64,000 nt of DNA. Origin: Cyanophora paradoxa CCMP329 (lineage: Eukaryota > Plantae > Glaucophyta). The stretch spans positions 1 to 64,000 of the forward strand of contig QPMI01000157.1 in NCBI GenBank assembly GCA_004431415.1, read 5' to 3'. Position numbers and translations under genes: made by a program. The notes beneath the pieces are model-generated. The model worked only from the letters and a program-made list of their open reading frames with translations. It did not search any database and had not been told where the DNA came from. Of the stretch, positions 41,863 to 54,592 are shown in pieces (position 1 is the stretch's first letter; every line of letters begins with the position of its first letter).

Positions 41863-44164
41863 ATGCGGACGCACGATCACATCGTCGAGCGGGGTGAGAA
41901 CAGCTGGAGCACGACCCGGGCCCACATCCTCGAGCTGCAGACGCCCGAGCGCTCGCGGCCGCCCGCGGCGCGCGATGCGGGAAGCGGCTCGCCGCGGCAG
42001 CAGGCGGCGAGCCCTGTGGAGGGCCTCAACCAGTACCGCCTGCTCTTCTCCCCTTCGCGTTCTCCCCCGCCAACGTCGCCGGAGATCCCGCCGCCGCCGC
42101 CGCCGCCGTCTATGTTCGACGGCTCGCCGGATGCGCGCAGCGAGCTCGACGCCGCGCGGGCCGTCGCCGCCTCGCTTCGCGCGGCCCTCACGCAGAAGGC
42201 GCGGCCCTCTGGGACCCACGCGGCGCCGAGCCGCGCCGCGCTGAGAAGGGGCCGCCGCAGGAGAACGACATGCGGCGCATGCAGGCGGCGCTGGACGCGG
42301 TGGAGGAGCGCGGGAACGAGGCGCGGCAGGCGGCGGCGCAGGCGGCGGACGAGGCGGCGCGCCTGGCGGACGAGCTGGCGGCCTCCCGCGAGGCCGGCGC
42401 CCGCACCGCCGCCGAGCTCGCCGCGGCGCTCAACGAGGCGGCCCGCCGCGAGGGTGCGCCCGCGCCGCGCCGCGCCGCGCCGCGCGAGGGCGCCTCACGC
42501 GCGGCTCGGCGAAGGGGAGGCGGAGCGGGCACAGGGGAGCTGCGGCAGGCCCGCGAGGAGCTTGCGGCCGCCCTCGAGGCCCTCACCGGCGTCTCCGTCC
42601 CCGTCCGCCCGCCCCCGCCCCTCCGTAGCAGCGCTCCCCTCCGCCCGCCCGCCTTCCGACCCCCGCGCCCGGCGCCGCCGCGCAGGCGCCGGCGCTGCGG
42701 GAGGAGCGGGACGCGCTGGCGGCGGAGGCGGGGGCGCTGCGGGGCGAGCGGGAGCGGATGGTCGGCGAGCTCGACGCCCTCCGCGCCGCCATCGGTCCGC
42801 CCGCCCCGCCCGCCGCCCGCCCGGGCGCTCTCCGAGGGCGGGCGGGGCAGAGGAGGAGGTGGTGGCGGCGCAGCGCGAGCGCGACGAGGCGCACTCTGCG
42901 CTCCTCGCCGCCCGCGAGGCCGCCGAGGTGCGCCGCCGGGGCCCGGCGGCGGGGCGGGGCGGGGCGGGCGAAGCGCGCCTCGCCCTTTTCAGATGGGGGA
43001 GGAGGGTGTCTCACCGGGGGCGGCCGGCAGGCGGCGGACGGGAGGCGGCGGGGGAGCGCGCCGCGGCCGCCCGCGAGCGCGAGGCGCTGCACGTGGAGCG
43101 CGACGGCGCGCTCGCCGCCGCCGCCGCGGTGCGCCCACGCCCGAAGCAGAGAAACGCGCAGCGCCGCAACGCGGGTGCAGGCGAGAGAGGAGAGGGACCG
43201 GGCGGCGCGGAGGCGGGCGAGGCGGCGGCGGCGGCGGCGCGCGAGCGGGAGGCGATGCGCGCGGAGCTCGAGGCGGCGCGGGCGAGCCTGGAGGAGGCGG
43301 GCCGCCCCGCCCCGCCCCGCCCCTCCTGCGCTCGGGAAGCGACGAGGACGCTCGGCAGGAGCGGGCGGGGCGGGAGGCGGCGGGCGGGCGGCGGCGACGG
43401 AGGCGGCGGCGCTGCGGAGGGAGCTGGAGGCGGCGCGAGCGGAGGGCGCCGCGGTGCGCCCGGGCCCGAGCCGCGCGCAGCGGGGCGGGGCCGACGGCCC
43501 CTCGGCTCCGCGCGCAGGCGGCGTCGGAGAGGGAGGCGGCGCGGGCGGAGCGGGACGGCCTCCGCTCCGAGCTGCGCGCCGCCCGCGCAGAAGCCGCCTC
43601 CGTGCCTTCCTTCCCTCGCCCCTCGGACCCTCCCTCTCTTCCCTGACGCGGCCCGGAAGGCGCGGGAGGAGCGGGCGGCGCTGGCGCGGGAGAGGGACGC
43701 CCTCCGGAAGGAGAAGGAGGCCGCGCGGGCCGAGGCCGAGCGGCTGAGGAGCCAGGCGCGCCGCACCCGCCCCTCCTGAGCCGAGCTTCGCTGAGCTGCG
43801 CGGGCGCAGCCGGTGCCTGCGGCGCGCGAGGGCGCGGCGGCGGCGGCGGCGGCGGCGGTGGAGGAGCGGGCGAAGATGCAGGCCGAGGCGCAGGCGGCGC
43901 GGGCGGCGGCGGAGGCGGCGACGGCGGAGGCGGCCGCCGCGCGGGCCGAGCACACCAGGGTGCGAAGAGGGCGGCCTGGATGCTTCTCGCCCCACGCCCG
44001 ACGGGCCTGCCAGGCTGCACAGGAGTGGGAAGCGAAGCGAACGGCGCTGGAGGCGGCGGCGGAGCGCGAGGCGGCGGCGGCGGCGGCGGCGCGCGAGGAG
44101 GCGGCGCGGGCGCGGCAGCAGGCGGCGGCCGGCGACGCGGGGCGGCGCGGCTGCGGGAGGAGGC

Positions 44165-44195
<31 letters not shown>

Positions 44196-46949
44196 ACCAA
44201 GGCGAAGGAGGCGGCAGAGGCGCGGGCGGGGGCGGCGGAGGCGGCGCTGGCGGGGCGCGGCGGGAGGCGGAGGCGGCGATGCGGCCGCTGCGGGAGCGGG
44301 GGCGGCAGCTGGAGGAGGCCCGCGCCGAGGCGGAGCTCAGGGTGCGCGCCGCCCCCGCCGCCGGCCGCTGCGGGGCGGCGGGCGGCCTCACGCGGGGCGG
44401 GCGGGGCAGGCGGCGGCGGCGGAGCACGGGCGGGCGCTGGCGGAGGCCGAGGTCGCCCGCCTGCGCCGCGCCCGCGAGGAGGTCCGCCCTCCCCGGGGCC
44501 CCCGCCGGGGCGGGCGGCGCGGGGCCACTCTAGGGCAGAACCCTTTGGCCTTAGAGCTTTGCGGCCCTGGGCCCGAGGGCGGACTTCGCTTTCCTGGGGC
44601 GCGGCTGACGCTGGCTGTCCCGCGGCAGTCGCTGCAGCGGGCGGCGCGGAGCGGGGACGAGGCGAGCGGGCTGCTGGCGGCGGCGGAGGAGGAGCTCGGG
44701 CTCGCCCGCCACGCCCTCTGCACCCTCGTCGCCGAGCGCGACGCCGCCGCCGCCGCCCTCGCCGCCGCCGCCGCCTCCCGCGACCGCGAGCTCGGCGGCC
44801 TCCGCGCCGAGCGCGACGCCGCCCGCGCCGCCGCCGAGCGCGCCGCCGCGAGGCCGCCGACTCGGCGGAGCGCGCCCGGCGCGAGGCGCGGCCGCCGCCG
44901 CCGCGGGGGCCGCCGCCGCCCTCGAGGCGCGCCTGCCCGCGCTGGAGGCGGCGGCCGCGGCCGTCGAGGCGCTCGCGGGGGCGGCGCGGCAGCGGATGGC
45001 GTCGCTGGGCCGCTGCGGGAGCGGGCGCGGACGGCGGAGGAGGCGGCGGCCGCGGCGCGGGCCCGGGCCGACGCCGCCGAGCGCCTGCGCGAGGTCCGCG
45101 CCCGCCCCCCCGAGGCCCCTCCCCTGCCCAGGGCGCAACGGGCCGGGGCGCAGGAGTCGATCTCGCGGGCGGTGGAGGCGGTGGCCGCGCGGGAGGGCGA
45201 GGACTCCGCGAAGGTGGCCCCTCCGCCTCGGTCGCCCTCCCGCCCTCTCAGCGTCTCACTCCGCGGGGCGCAGATGGGCGTGGCGGCGCTGCGGCTCTCG
45301 CAGCTCCAGGAGCGCATGGAGGGGCTCCTCGCCGCCCCCCACCCGCAGCCCCCGGCCCCGGCCCCGGCTCCGCCTCGGGCCCACCAGCAGGCGCATGCCG
45401 CGGCCCGGGCCTTCGTGGGGGGCCCGGAGACCCCGAAGACGACCCTGGGGGCGTCCTCCCCGCCCGACGCCGAGCCCGAGGAGGAGGCCGAGGAGGACGG
45501 GGAGGCCGAGGAGGAGGCGGACCCGCTGGCAGGGGCCGTCAGGGAGGCGCAGGCGCGCCTCGCCCAGGCCCTCGCCGCCGCCCGGTCCGCCCCCCGCGCC
45601 CCCCGCGCCCCCTCGTTCCCCCTGACGCGGGGCCCCGCAGGTCCTCCGCGCCCACCCGCTACGCCGCCGGGCTCACCCCGAAGGTGCCGGTGCTCCGCCT
45701 CCTCCTCAGGGACCTCCCCGCCTGAAACCGAGCCGGCAGTCGGCGGGGCGGTCGCGGGCCCCCGGCCGGTCGGTCTCGGCCGAGCGGCCCTCGCGCCGTC
45801 CGGCGTCGGCCGGGGAGCTCCCCCGCGGAGCCCGCCCCGGGCTGTGCGCCCCGCGCCGGCCTCGGAGGACGCCCCGAGACCGCTCGCGAGCTGCGGCCCC
45901 ACCCGGGCTCTCCATCGCCCTCCCCGCCCCGCCCCCGCCCCCGCCCGCCGGCACGCCCTCCCCCTCCAGCGCCTCCGCCTCCGCCTCGACGCCCTCCCCC
46001 GGCCCGGCGCCCGCCTCCTCCGCCTCGGACGTCTGGGGCCCGGAGCGCGCCTCGCTGCTCAAGTTCCTGCGCGCGGGGGGCCCCCTCTTCAAGCACGACT
46101 TCAACTCCCGCACCGCGAAGGCCCGCCCTCGCTTCCCCCCTCCCGTAGGACCCGCCGCCAGGATCTGAGCTCGGCGCACGCCAGGGCGCGAGGCGGCTCC
46201 GCTGGTTCCAGCTCTCCGAGGACGGGGCGTTCCTCCGGTGGGGGGACCTCCCCTCCACAGACCGCCCAGGGCCCCTCCCCGCCTCCTCCCTCCCCTCCTC
46301 CGGTGCCCGCGAGGCCCCCTCCTTACCCTTGTGCTTTCTCACGCTCCTCGGCAGCGAGCCTGGCGCACGTGAGGGAGATCTCCTACGGTTCGCTGAAGCG
46401 CACCCGCTCGCCGCTCCTTTCGCCCTCCTCCCACACCCGCGCCCAGGGCCCCGGACGGCGACCTTCCGCCAGCTGCGCGCCGTGGCGCCCCCCTCCGCGA
46501 GCGACGAGCCCTGGCAGGCGCGCCCCGCCCCCGACCCCCGCGCCCCGCGCCCCCCGTGAGACTCGCGTGCCCCGCGCAGTGCTTCAGCCTCCTCTTCCCT
46601 ACTCGCACGCTGGACCTCTCCGCCCCGAGCGCCCCCGCCCTGCGCTCCTGGTTCATGGTCCGTGCCCCGCCCCATGTTGGCTCACCTCGCGGCGACGCCC
46701 TCGCGTGCGCAGGGGCTGAATCTCGCGGTTCAGGCGGTGCGGCAGGCCTCCGCCGCGCAGCCCAGCGCCGAACCTGCGCCGGGGCCCGGGCCCGAGGCCA
46801 TCGCCTCGTCCGCGTCGTCTGCGGCGCCGCGGGGAGGGGCGGGCGCCCTCTTCCGGCCCTCCCCCTCGGCAGAGGCGTACCTGCGCGCGCAGGCGCACAT
46901 CCACTCTGTCCTCCGGGCGTCCCCTCAGCCGTCTCCCCACTTCGTCTGA
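41863..46949 (+). CDS. Long Ala/Glu/Arg coiled-coil protein with a C-terminal PH-like domain
   Basis: Heptad-rich exons, then FLRAGGPLFKH...RRLRWFQLSEDGAFLRW...VREISYG/PRTATF...CFSLLFPTRTLDLSAPS...RSWFM/GL. Confidence 0.75.
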
Positions 46950-47518
46950 GCTCTCTGCAATACCCATAAGCACGCTCCTCTGCGGATGCATATGCTGGCT
47001 AGCGCTGCCGCCAGTTCAGGCTCGAGCTCTGAGCCGCGCCCGCGCGCATGCGTGAAGCACTACGAAGAGACGACGCGACGGGATTCCGATCTAAGCTTGA
47101 GTATGCGCATCCGCACTGCGGCGCTAGCGCTGCGGCCGCGGCGAGAAACTGATCATGAGGACCGCTCGCTTCGTATACGTACCCCGTTGTCCGCAGCAAA
47201 CTGCGTACCCGGTTCGACCGTGCACCGTGCACGAGTTCGCAGCTGAACCGCACGAACCGCGAAGAGGATCACAAACCGCGCATTGAGAGCGAAGTGAGAG
47301 GCTGTGACCCTCGTCTCGCGCCCGCTCGCGGCGAGGCGAAGGCAAGTTACCACGTTCGCCTGGGCCTCGATGCAGCGCCGGGTGCAAACGGCGATCAGCA
47401 ATCGTTCGACGGTTCGAAGATAGCCGCTAGATTCGAGCCGCCGGCGTGGCTACGCAGCGGCCTACACAGTGGCTACACTCCCTTCAGCACATTCGCGCGC
47501 GACTGTGCACGAGCTGCT

Positions 47519-49847
47519 ATGGCGGTGGCGCGCTGGAGTTGCACCGTCGGGAAGGCCGAGTATAGACTGACCGCCGTCGATGCCGTGGACGACACCCTGG
47601 ACCGCCAGGGAGTGCAAGCGCACGGCTGGCTCATGGCAGGGTGCGCGCTCGCTTCCGCTGCGCCCTCGGGCGAATGCAGAGGCCGCGCTCTCCTGCTCAC
47701 GGCGCCGGCGCTTCCGCAGACCCGGAGGAGTGGGCGCGTCGATGCCCGCCTGGCCGCCTGCCGGATTGCAGTTCAGGCAGAAGATCTTGTTAAAAAAGGC
47801 AAACGCGGAAATCATAGGCAAGTGCGCGGTTATCTGCGGCGCACTCGCGCTCACGCCGCCCCGGCGCAGAGGGGAGAGTTACGGCGGTTGCTGTTGTTGC
47901 TGCGACGAGCGACGACCTCCCGAAAATTCCCATCTATCCGAGGGAGGAAGACAGGGAGGAAGACAAGAGCTTCTTCTACACGGAGATGGCTGGTTGCCAG
48001 TACATCCTGGTGGATGGCCGGGGCCGGGAGAAGGGGACGGTACATCGGCGGCTGACCGACCGCGGCCTCCTGAACGAGGACCTATTCACCCTGCACCCCT
48101 TCTTCTTGTTCAGCGAAAGCAACGATTGGTTCTTCCTCGTCGGGGCCGAGATCTCGGCCTCGCCCTCCCCTCCCCCCGCCCCCGTGCGCCCCTGCCCCCG
48201 TACCCCTTTGATCCCTCGCTGCTTCGCGCTGACGCGCGGCTCGCTCCGCAGGCGTCTTCGAACTCCGCTGCCCCCTCTGCCTGGCCCCTCGCCCCCATCA
48301 GCCCGCCGCAAGGCGGCAGTACCCCCCGCAAGGCCTCCGCCGCGGTCCCCGTCAGCCCGATTCAGCCGCCCTCGGAGGGCGGCCGCGCCCCGTCGCCTCC
48401 GCGGCACCCGCAGCCGGCCCCGGCCCCGGGGCCATCCTCGGCGGCCAGCGCGAGCTCCACTGCGCACTCTACCCCCGCCCGCCGCCCCGGCAGCCCGCCC
48501 CAGACGCCGGCCCCGAGCCGCGGTACGCCGAACGGGAGCGCGCCCGGCTCGTCATCGAGGCCGGAGGAGGGCCGGCGCCGCGACGGCTCCCCGCGGCGAA
48601 GCGCGCCCGGCCGGACGAGCGCGGCGGAGGCAGCAGCAGCACCGGTGGCGCCGGCGGCGCCGGCGGGCGGCGGGCCAGTCCCCCGCGGAACAGGAGCAGG
48701 AGCCGCAGCCCGAGCCGCAGGAGCCGCAGCCGAGACCGCAGCCGAAACCGCAGCCGAGACCGAGACCGCAACAGCAGCCGGGGGGGCGCCTACGATCGGG
48801 ACAGACAGGACCGGGACAGCCGAGACGGCAGCCGAGACCGGGACCGGCGCGACAGCAACCGGGGCGGGGCCTGCGCTCGGGACAGTTGGGACCGGGACAG
48901 GCGGGACGGCGGCGGCGATCGGGACCGACGGGACGGCGACCGGGGCACCGGCGGCGGCGATCGCTGCCGGCGCGACAGCGGACGGTTCACTGGCGGCGAT
49001 CGGGACGGCCGAGACAGGCGGGACAGCGACAGGAGGGACAGCGACGGGCCGCGGGAGGGCCCTCGGGGCGAGAGCGGGCGGCGGCGCAGCGATGAACCGA
49101 GGGAGGGCGGCAAGCGCCCGCGCAGCCGGAGCCCCAGGGCGCGGAGCCCGACCCGGCCGCCGCCCTGGTCACCGCGCGCGCGGAGCCCCCCTCGTCCTCC
49201 CCCTCCTCCTCTGCTCCTCCCGGTGTGGCCGGTCGTGCCGGCGGAGCAGCTGCTGCCGGCGGCGGGCCTCTACGTCGTCCAGAACGGTGACGGCATCCTC
49301 GTCGACGACGACGGGTTCGTCCCCGACCGTGGCTAAAGATCGATTAGGCGACGAGCGGGCTGAGCGCCGGCGCAGGGCCTTCGTGGCGTACGTGGAGGCG
49401 CCGGTGGCGGCGCGCTACGGGCTGCGGCCCGAGGTGGACCGGGTGGAGGGGGGCGCCGTGCTCCTCGGGGGGGTCCTCCTCCTCGTCGAGGTCGCCCGCC
49501 ACGGGCCCCACCCCCCGCCTCTGCCCCCCTCCCCGGGCGCCTACCCCCGCCGCCCCGACCCCGCCGCCCCCCACGTGCAGCGCGCCCTGGCCCTGCGCCC
49601 CCCGGCCGCGGGGAACGCCGACCTCACCCTCGTCGCCGGCCTCGCCCGCGCCGACCCCGGCGGCGGCCTCTCCCTCAGCTTCCGCGCCGCCGGCTTCCGC
49701 CCCCTCGCCGCCGCCCCGGTGCCCTTGCCCTCGGCGTACCCGGGGATGGTCCCGGGCGCCTACGTGGAGCTGATTATGCACATGGCGCCCCCGCGCTCCT
49801 TCGAGGTCGTGCTCGCGGTACCCCCGCCCCCTCCTCCCCCCTCCTGA
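47519..49847 (+). CDS. Unknown protein with a central RS/RD-rich low-complexity region
   Basis: After a 1-nt shift near 48620-48690 the frame reads RSRSRSPSRRSRSRDRSRNRSRDRDR..., flanked by globular-looking exons. Confidence 0.55.
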
Positions 49848-49925
49848 AGTCCAAATCGAACACAAGATCCTGGTCTCTTTATGCACGTAGGCGTGTACAA
49901 TGGACGGTGGGAGGTGCCGGGGGGC

Positions 49926-52900
49926 TCAGCTGATGGGGGAAGGTGTGCGGCCACGCGAGACGGGGCGGATGCGGCCGGGGGAGGAGAGCGGGGAGGGGCC
50001 CGTGCCCGGGGCCAGCTGCCCCGTCGATGGCCTCCTCTCCCCCGCAGCTGCGCCGCCCCTCAGCGAACCGAGGCGAGCGCCTCGCGAATTGAAAGCAAGG
50101 CCGCACCTTCGGGGGCCAGCGAGGGCCGGCGCGACCCGGCCGCCGTGCCGGGGGCGGAGCCGGCGGCGGCGGCCCCCGAGACGCTGCTCCGCCTACGCAC
50201 GGCGGCCATGCCTGCGCCCCCGCCCGTCGGCGGCGAGCGGGCGAGGGAGAGAGAAAAAAGGCCCCGCGGGGGATCGAACCGGTGCCGGCGACGTGCTCGG
50301 AGGCCTTCTCGGGCCCGCTGTTGCGGCGCCCCGCGGCGCTCGTGGCGCTGGCCCGCGACGAGCTCGGCGGGCGCTCCCCGTCGCCCACCCCCAGCGTCTG
50401 CCGCCGGCATCGAGTGAGGCGAAGGCGGCGCGGGGAGGAGATGCGGGGGGGTACCGAGACGCCGGCGAGGAGGGTGTCGGCGACGGCGACGGAGGAGCGG
50501 CGGCGGCCGGCGGGGCCGCCGGGGGCCCCCGACTTGGAGCCGCGGCGCTTGGGCTTGGCCTTGGGCTCCAGCATCTCGCTCGTGAGCACCTTCCCCGAGA
50601 GCTTCTCGATCTGGTCCTTCAGGTACCTGGGGGGTACGCGTCAACCGGGGCCGGGGCGCGCGCGTCGAACAGGACCCGGGCGAAGCGCACCACATGTCGA
50701 TCTCGGCCTGCTTGCGGGCCTCGTCCTCGGCCTTGAAGAGGCGCTCGGCCTCCCCCAGCTGCTTGTCGCACTCCGCCTTCACCGCGTCGTAGTCCTGCTG
50801 CCGCGTCCTGCCCCCGCCCCCGTCAGGCGGGGCCCGCGGTGGCGAGATGGGCGGGCAGCGCCGCGGCGCGCACCGCATCTTGCGCTGGTAGCGCTCCCGC
50901 TTGTCCGTCGCCAGCTGCATCTTCGACTCTGGGCGAGAACGTCAAGCCCCGCTGCGCGTACGCCCCTGCAGAATCGCGCGCACGGAGGAACCGGAGGCGC
51001 GTCTCCGCCTCCAGGCGCATCCTGCGGGCCCCCGGTTCAGCTCCGGGACGGGTGCGGCAAGAGCTCGTCGAGGCGGGGGCACGCGCTTCTGGAGGTCCGT
51101 GGCCTGGTCGCCGAGCATGCGCTCCGCGACCTCCTTCTCCACCTTCGCCTCGTCCAGCTGGCGCTGCAGGAGAGGCGGGCGATGGTTCGCGGGGGGTACG
51201 GGTGAAGCGGAGCGCCGGGCGCGGGGGTGGGGGGCGCGCCCTGAGGTCGGAGATGTGGGCGTCGACCTCGGCGCGGGCGGCGTCGGCCTCCGCCTGCGCC
51301 TCCTCCAGCTCCTCCTCCGCCCGCTCCTTCGCCGCCACCTGCGCCCGCGCGTGAGAGAGGAGCGGGGGCGGGGGAGGGGGCACAGCCGCGCGCCTCCTCG
51401 GCCAGGCGATTGCGGGTCTCCGCGAGCCGGACCTCCTCCCACCTGCCGCCGGCGGCGGGGGCCCCGTCAGCCGGCGCCGGGCCGCGTGCCCCCCCCCGCC
51501 CCCCGTGCCAGCGCACTTGAGGACCTCGATCTGCTTCTTGAAGCGGTCGGGGGCGGCCTCGCGCCACTTGCGGGAGTTCTCCTTCAGGCACTTCTCGATG
51601 GTCTGCGCGTTCTTGTACGCGATGTCGTTGAAGCCCAGGTCCAGGCTCACCTGCGCCCGCCCGCCGGCCGGGGTCAGAGGCGCGTCGGGGCGGGGCGGAG
51701 CGGCGGGGCGGGGCGGGGCGTGGGGGCGGGCCAGGGAGGAGTTGGACTGGAGGGCGAGGGAGAGCTCGTTGCCGGCCTGCTCCCGCAGGCGGTTGTTCCG
51801 CAGGCTCATCGCATGCAGAGCCCCATTCCGCGTCAGCGCCTGCGCCAGCGCCACGCCCCCGTTCTCCCCGATCCGGTTCGAGCCTGCCGCCCCGGGTGAG
51901 GGGCGAGGGCGCGGAGGGGAGGAAGGCGAAGGAGGAGGGGGCGGACTGAGGTCGAGCTTGGTGATGGAGGCGTTGGTGGTGAGGGTCGTCGCGAACTGCG
52001 TGGCGCCCTCGTCCTGCAGGCTGTTCGCCCTGCGCCCCGCCCAAGCCGTCAGCCGCGCCCCGCGACGAGCCGGCGGGGGGGCGGTGGCGGGGGGGCGGGG
52101 CGGACGAGAGGTCGAGGATGGTGATGGCGATGTTCTTGCGGAGGGCCTCGGCGAGGTCGTGGGCTCCCCGCCCCTCCAGGCCCGTCGCGCTCACGAGCAG
52201 CGTCGAGAGCACCGGGTTGTCCTTCAGCGAGAACGCCAGCGCGTGGTACGTCGCCTGCGCCCCCCGCTCGCCCCGCCCCGCCCCGAGCGTGTTTCCGGGG
52301 GGGCGGGCCCGCTCGCCTGCCCGAGGTCGTTGCGGCTCAGGTTGAGGGTCGTCAGCGTCCGGTTCGTCGCCAGCGCCGCTGCCACCGAGACAGTTCAGGC
52401 GGGAGGGGGGAAGAGATGGGGGCGGGGGTGCTGCGGCGCACAGGCGAGGAGCTCCCCCCCCTCGGGGGTCAGTCGGTTCACGGAGAGGTCGAGGGTCGTG
52501 AGCTGGCAGCCCTGCGCCCCGCACCCCCGCCGTCAACCTCTACCCCCCGCTCTTTCCTTCCCCCGGGGTACAGTACCATGCGGACGGAGGAGGCGAAGTG
52601 CTGGATGGCGGCATCCCCGATGAGGTTCCGCGAGAGGTCCAGCACCTGTACCCCCGCGGCTCGGAACGAGCCCCCAAAAGGCGTACCCCCGCTGCACGGC
52701 ACCTGGAGGGGGCACTTGGGGAGGACGGCGCCGATGCAGGAGGCGCCGTCGTTGCCGATGCCGTTGGACGAGAGGTCCAGGGTCAGCAGCGACGGCGACG
52801 CCCGCAGCGCCTGCCCGGGCGGCGTCAGGCTCGGGGTTGGCGTCGAGTGCGGGGCGCGGGGGCGGGACCTCGGCGAGGTGGATGGCGCCCTCGTTGCCGA

Positions 52901-54122
52901 TGCCGTTGTTCGCCATCGCCACGCTCGTCAGCACCCCGTTCCCCTTGATCGCCTCCCCGATCGCCCCCGCGCCCTGCCCCGCCCCGCCCCGCCCGTCGCA
53001 CACCGCCCCGCACGAGCGAGCCCGGCTGCGCCTGGTGGGGCGGGGCGGACCTTGACGCCGAGGTGGTTGCGGGAGCCCTCGAGGGCGCCGACGTCGAGGG
53101 CGGTGAGGGTGCGGTTCCTGCGGACGAGGGCCGAGGCGAGGGCCCCCGCCCCCTGGCCCCCCAGGTCGATCGACCGCAGCCGCAGGTCGATCACGTTGTC
53201 GTTCCGCTCCAGCAGGTCCGCCAGCGCCTCCGCCCCTGCCCGCCCCGCCGCCCGCGCCCGTCGGCCGGCGGCGAGGGGGAAGGGGCGCGGGCGGGGCGCG
53301 CACCGGCGTCCTTGAGGACGTTGCCGCTGAGGTCGACGACGGTGACCGACGGGTTGGCGGCGAGCGTCGCCGCGATGCAGGCCGCCGTGAGGGCCCCGAA
53401 GCCCGCCTCTGCGCACGGAGGGCGTCGGCAGGGCGCCCCCGCGCGGCCCGAGGCCGCTGGGCCGGGTCGGGGACGACGCCGGCGCCGGCGCGCACCTCGC
53501 AGGCTGAAGAACTCCGGGGTGCAAGACTTCTGGAAGGTCTGGATGAAGCGAACCTCGCGCTCTGAGGGGCGGGGGCGAGCGGGGGCCCGTGAGACCGGCG
53601 GCGGCGGACCCACGGCGGCGCCCCTCACCCTCGTTGATGGGGAGCTCAAGGTCTGCGATGCGGCGCGGGTGCGGGGCGTGAGGCCGAGCTTCGAGCAGGC
53701 GGCGGCTCGCGAGGCGGGCCGGCACCCTCGCATTTGGCGGCGTAGATGGCGCGGAGGTGCGCGTACGGCACGCCCTGGATGAGATCGTTGGGACCGAGCG
53801 AGGCGAAGGGCGAGCGGTTGTCGTCCTGCGGCGGCTGCACCGAGCCGCGCCGGTCGCCGGCCGCGGAGACGGAGGCCCGCCTCGGGGCCGCCCCCTCCGC
53901 GGCCGATGGCCGCCGCTCCTGTTTCTTGTTGAAGGAGCTCGACTTTAGGGGCTCCATCTTCGACTTGGAGTTGCTGGAAATGGGCGGGCGGCCCGCTGCG
54001 GCCGTTCCCGGCTTGGCAGGCGCCGGTGCCGGTGCTGGCGGGGGCGGTTCGTCCGGCATCTTCAGCGCTATGTACGAGCTCTGCCGCTCTTCTAGTTGGC
54101 GCGGTGCCACGAATTTGGCCAT
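49926..54122 (-). CDS. Ribonuclease-inhibitor-type LRR protein with a C-terminal coiled coil
   Basis: Repeats such as VTVVDLSGNVLKDAG, LLTLDLSSNGIGNDGA, VLDLSRNLIGDAA, SLDLGFNDI; the 3' end is approximate. Confidence 0.85.
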
Positions 54123-54592
54123 GACGGCAAGCTCGCTGAATCGAGGACTGTCTAGCTAAGGCGCCCGGCTGCGATGGGGGCCTCTCAAGGCCCCACCTAT
54201 GAACCTGATGCGCCCAGGAAGCGCAGCTAGGGCTGTACGGCGGGTCGTTGGGGGCGGCTCCGCCAGGCTGGAAGTGGGGAGGTTGCGAGGAGGTCGATCT
54301 CAGCGTTTGGCGGAACTGGCTGATGTGCCTGTTCAGCTGGCGCTACTCGAGGTGGTGTGCGCTCTTTCCTCGAGGTGTTTCTGATCGGACAATTTTGGGT
54401 ACCGCAAAAGTTCTAACCGGTGGCCGCAACCAGGACCGGCGACGGCTCACAAACAGCTCTGTTCAAGCCATATATAGCTAACTTTATAGGCTGTCACCGG
54501 GCCTGCTGTGACAGCGCCAGGCGCGGGCCCGGCCTCAGCGGCCTGGCCAGGCTGGCCTCCCTTAGCCGCCGGTTACAGCTTTCGTGGCTTCC

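Noticed and set aside
43813-46719. 968-aa ORF and other long Ala/Arg/Gly/Pro-rich ORFs
   Set aside because: Stop-poor high-GC DNA; these read through introns or are antisense shadows of spliced genes.
49926-54122. LRR gene as an NLR partner of the TIR genes
   Set aside because: No NACHT or NB-ARC P-loop; such LRR/coiled-coil proteins are common in flagellates.
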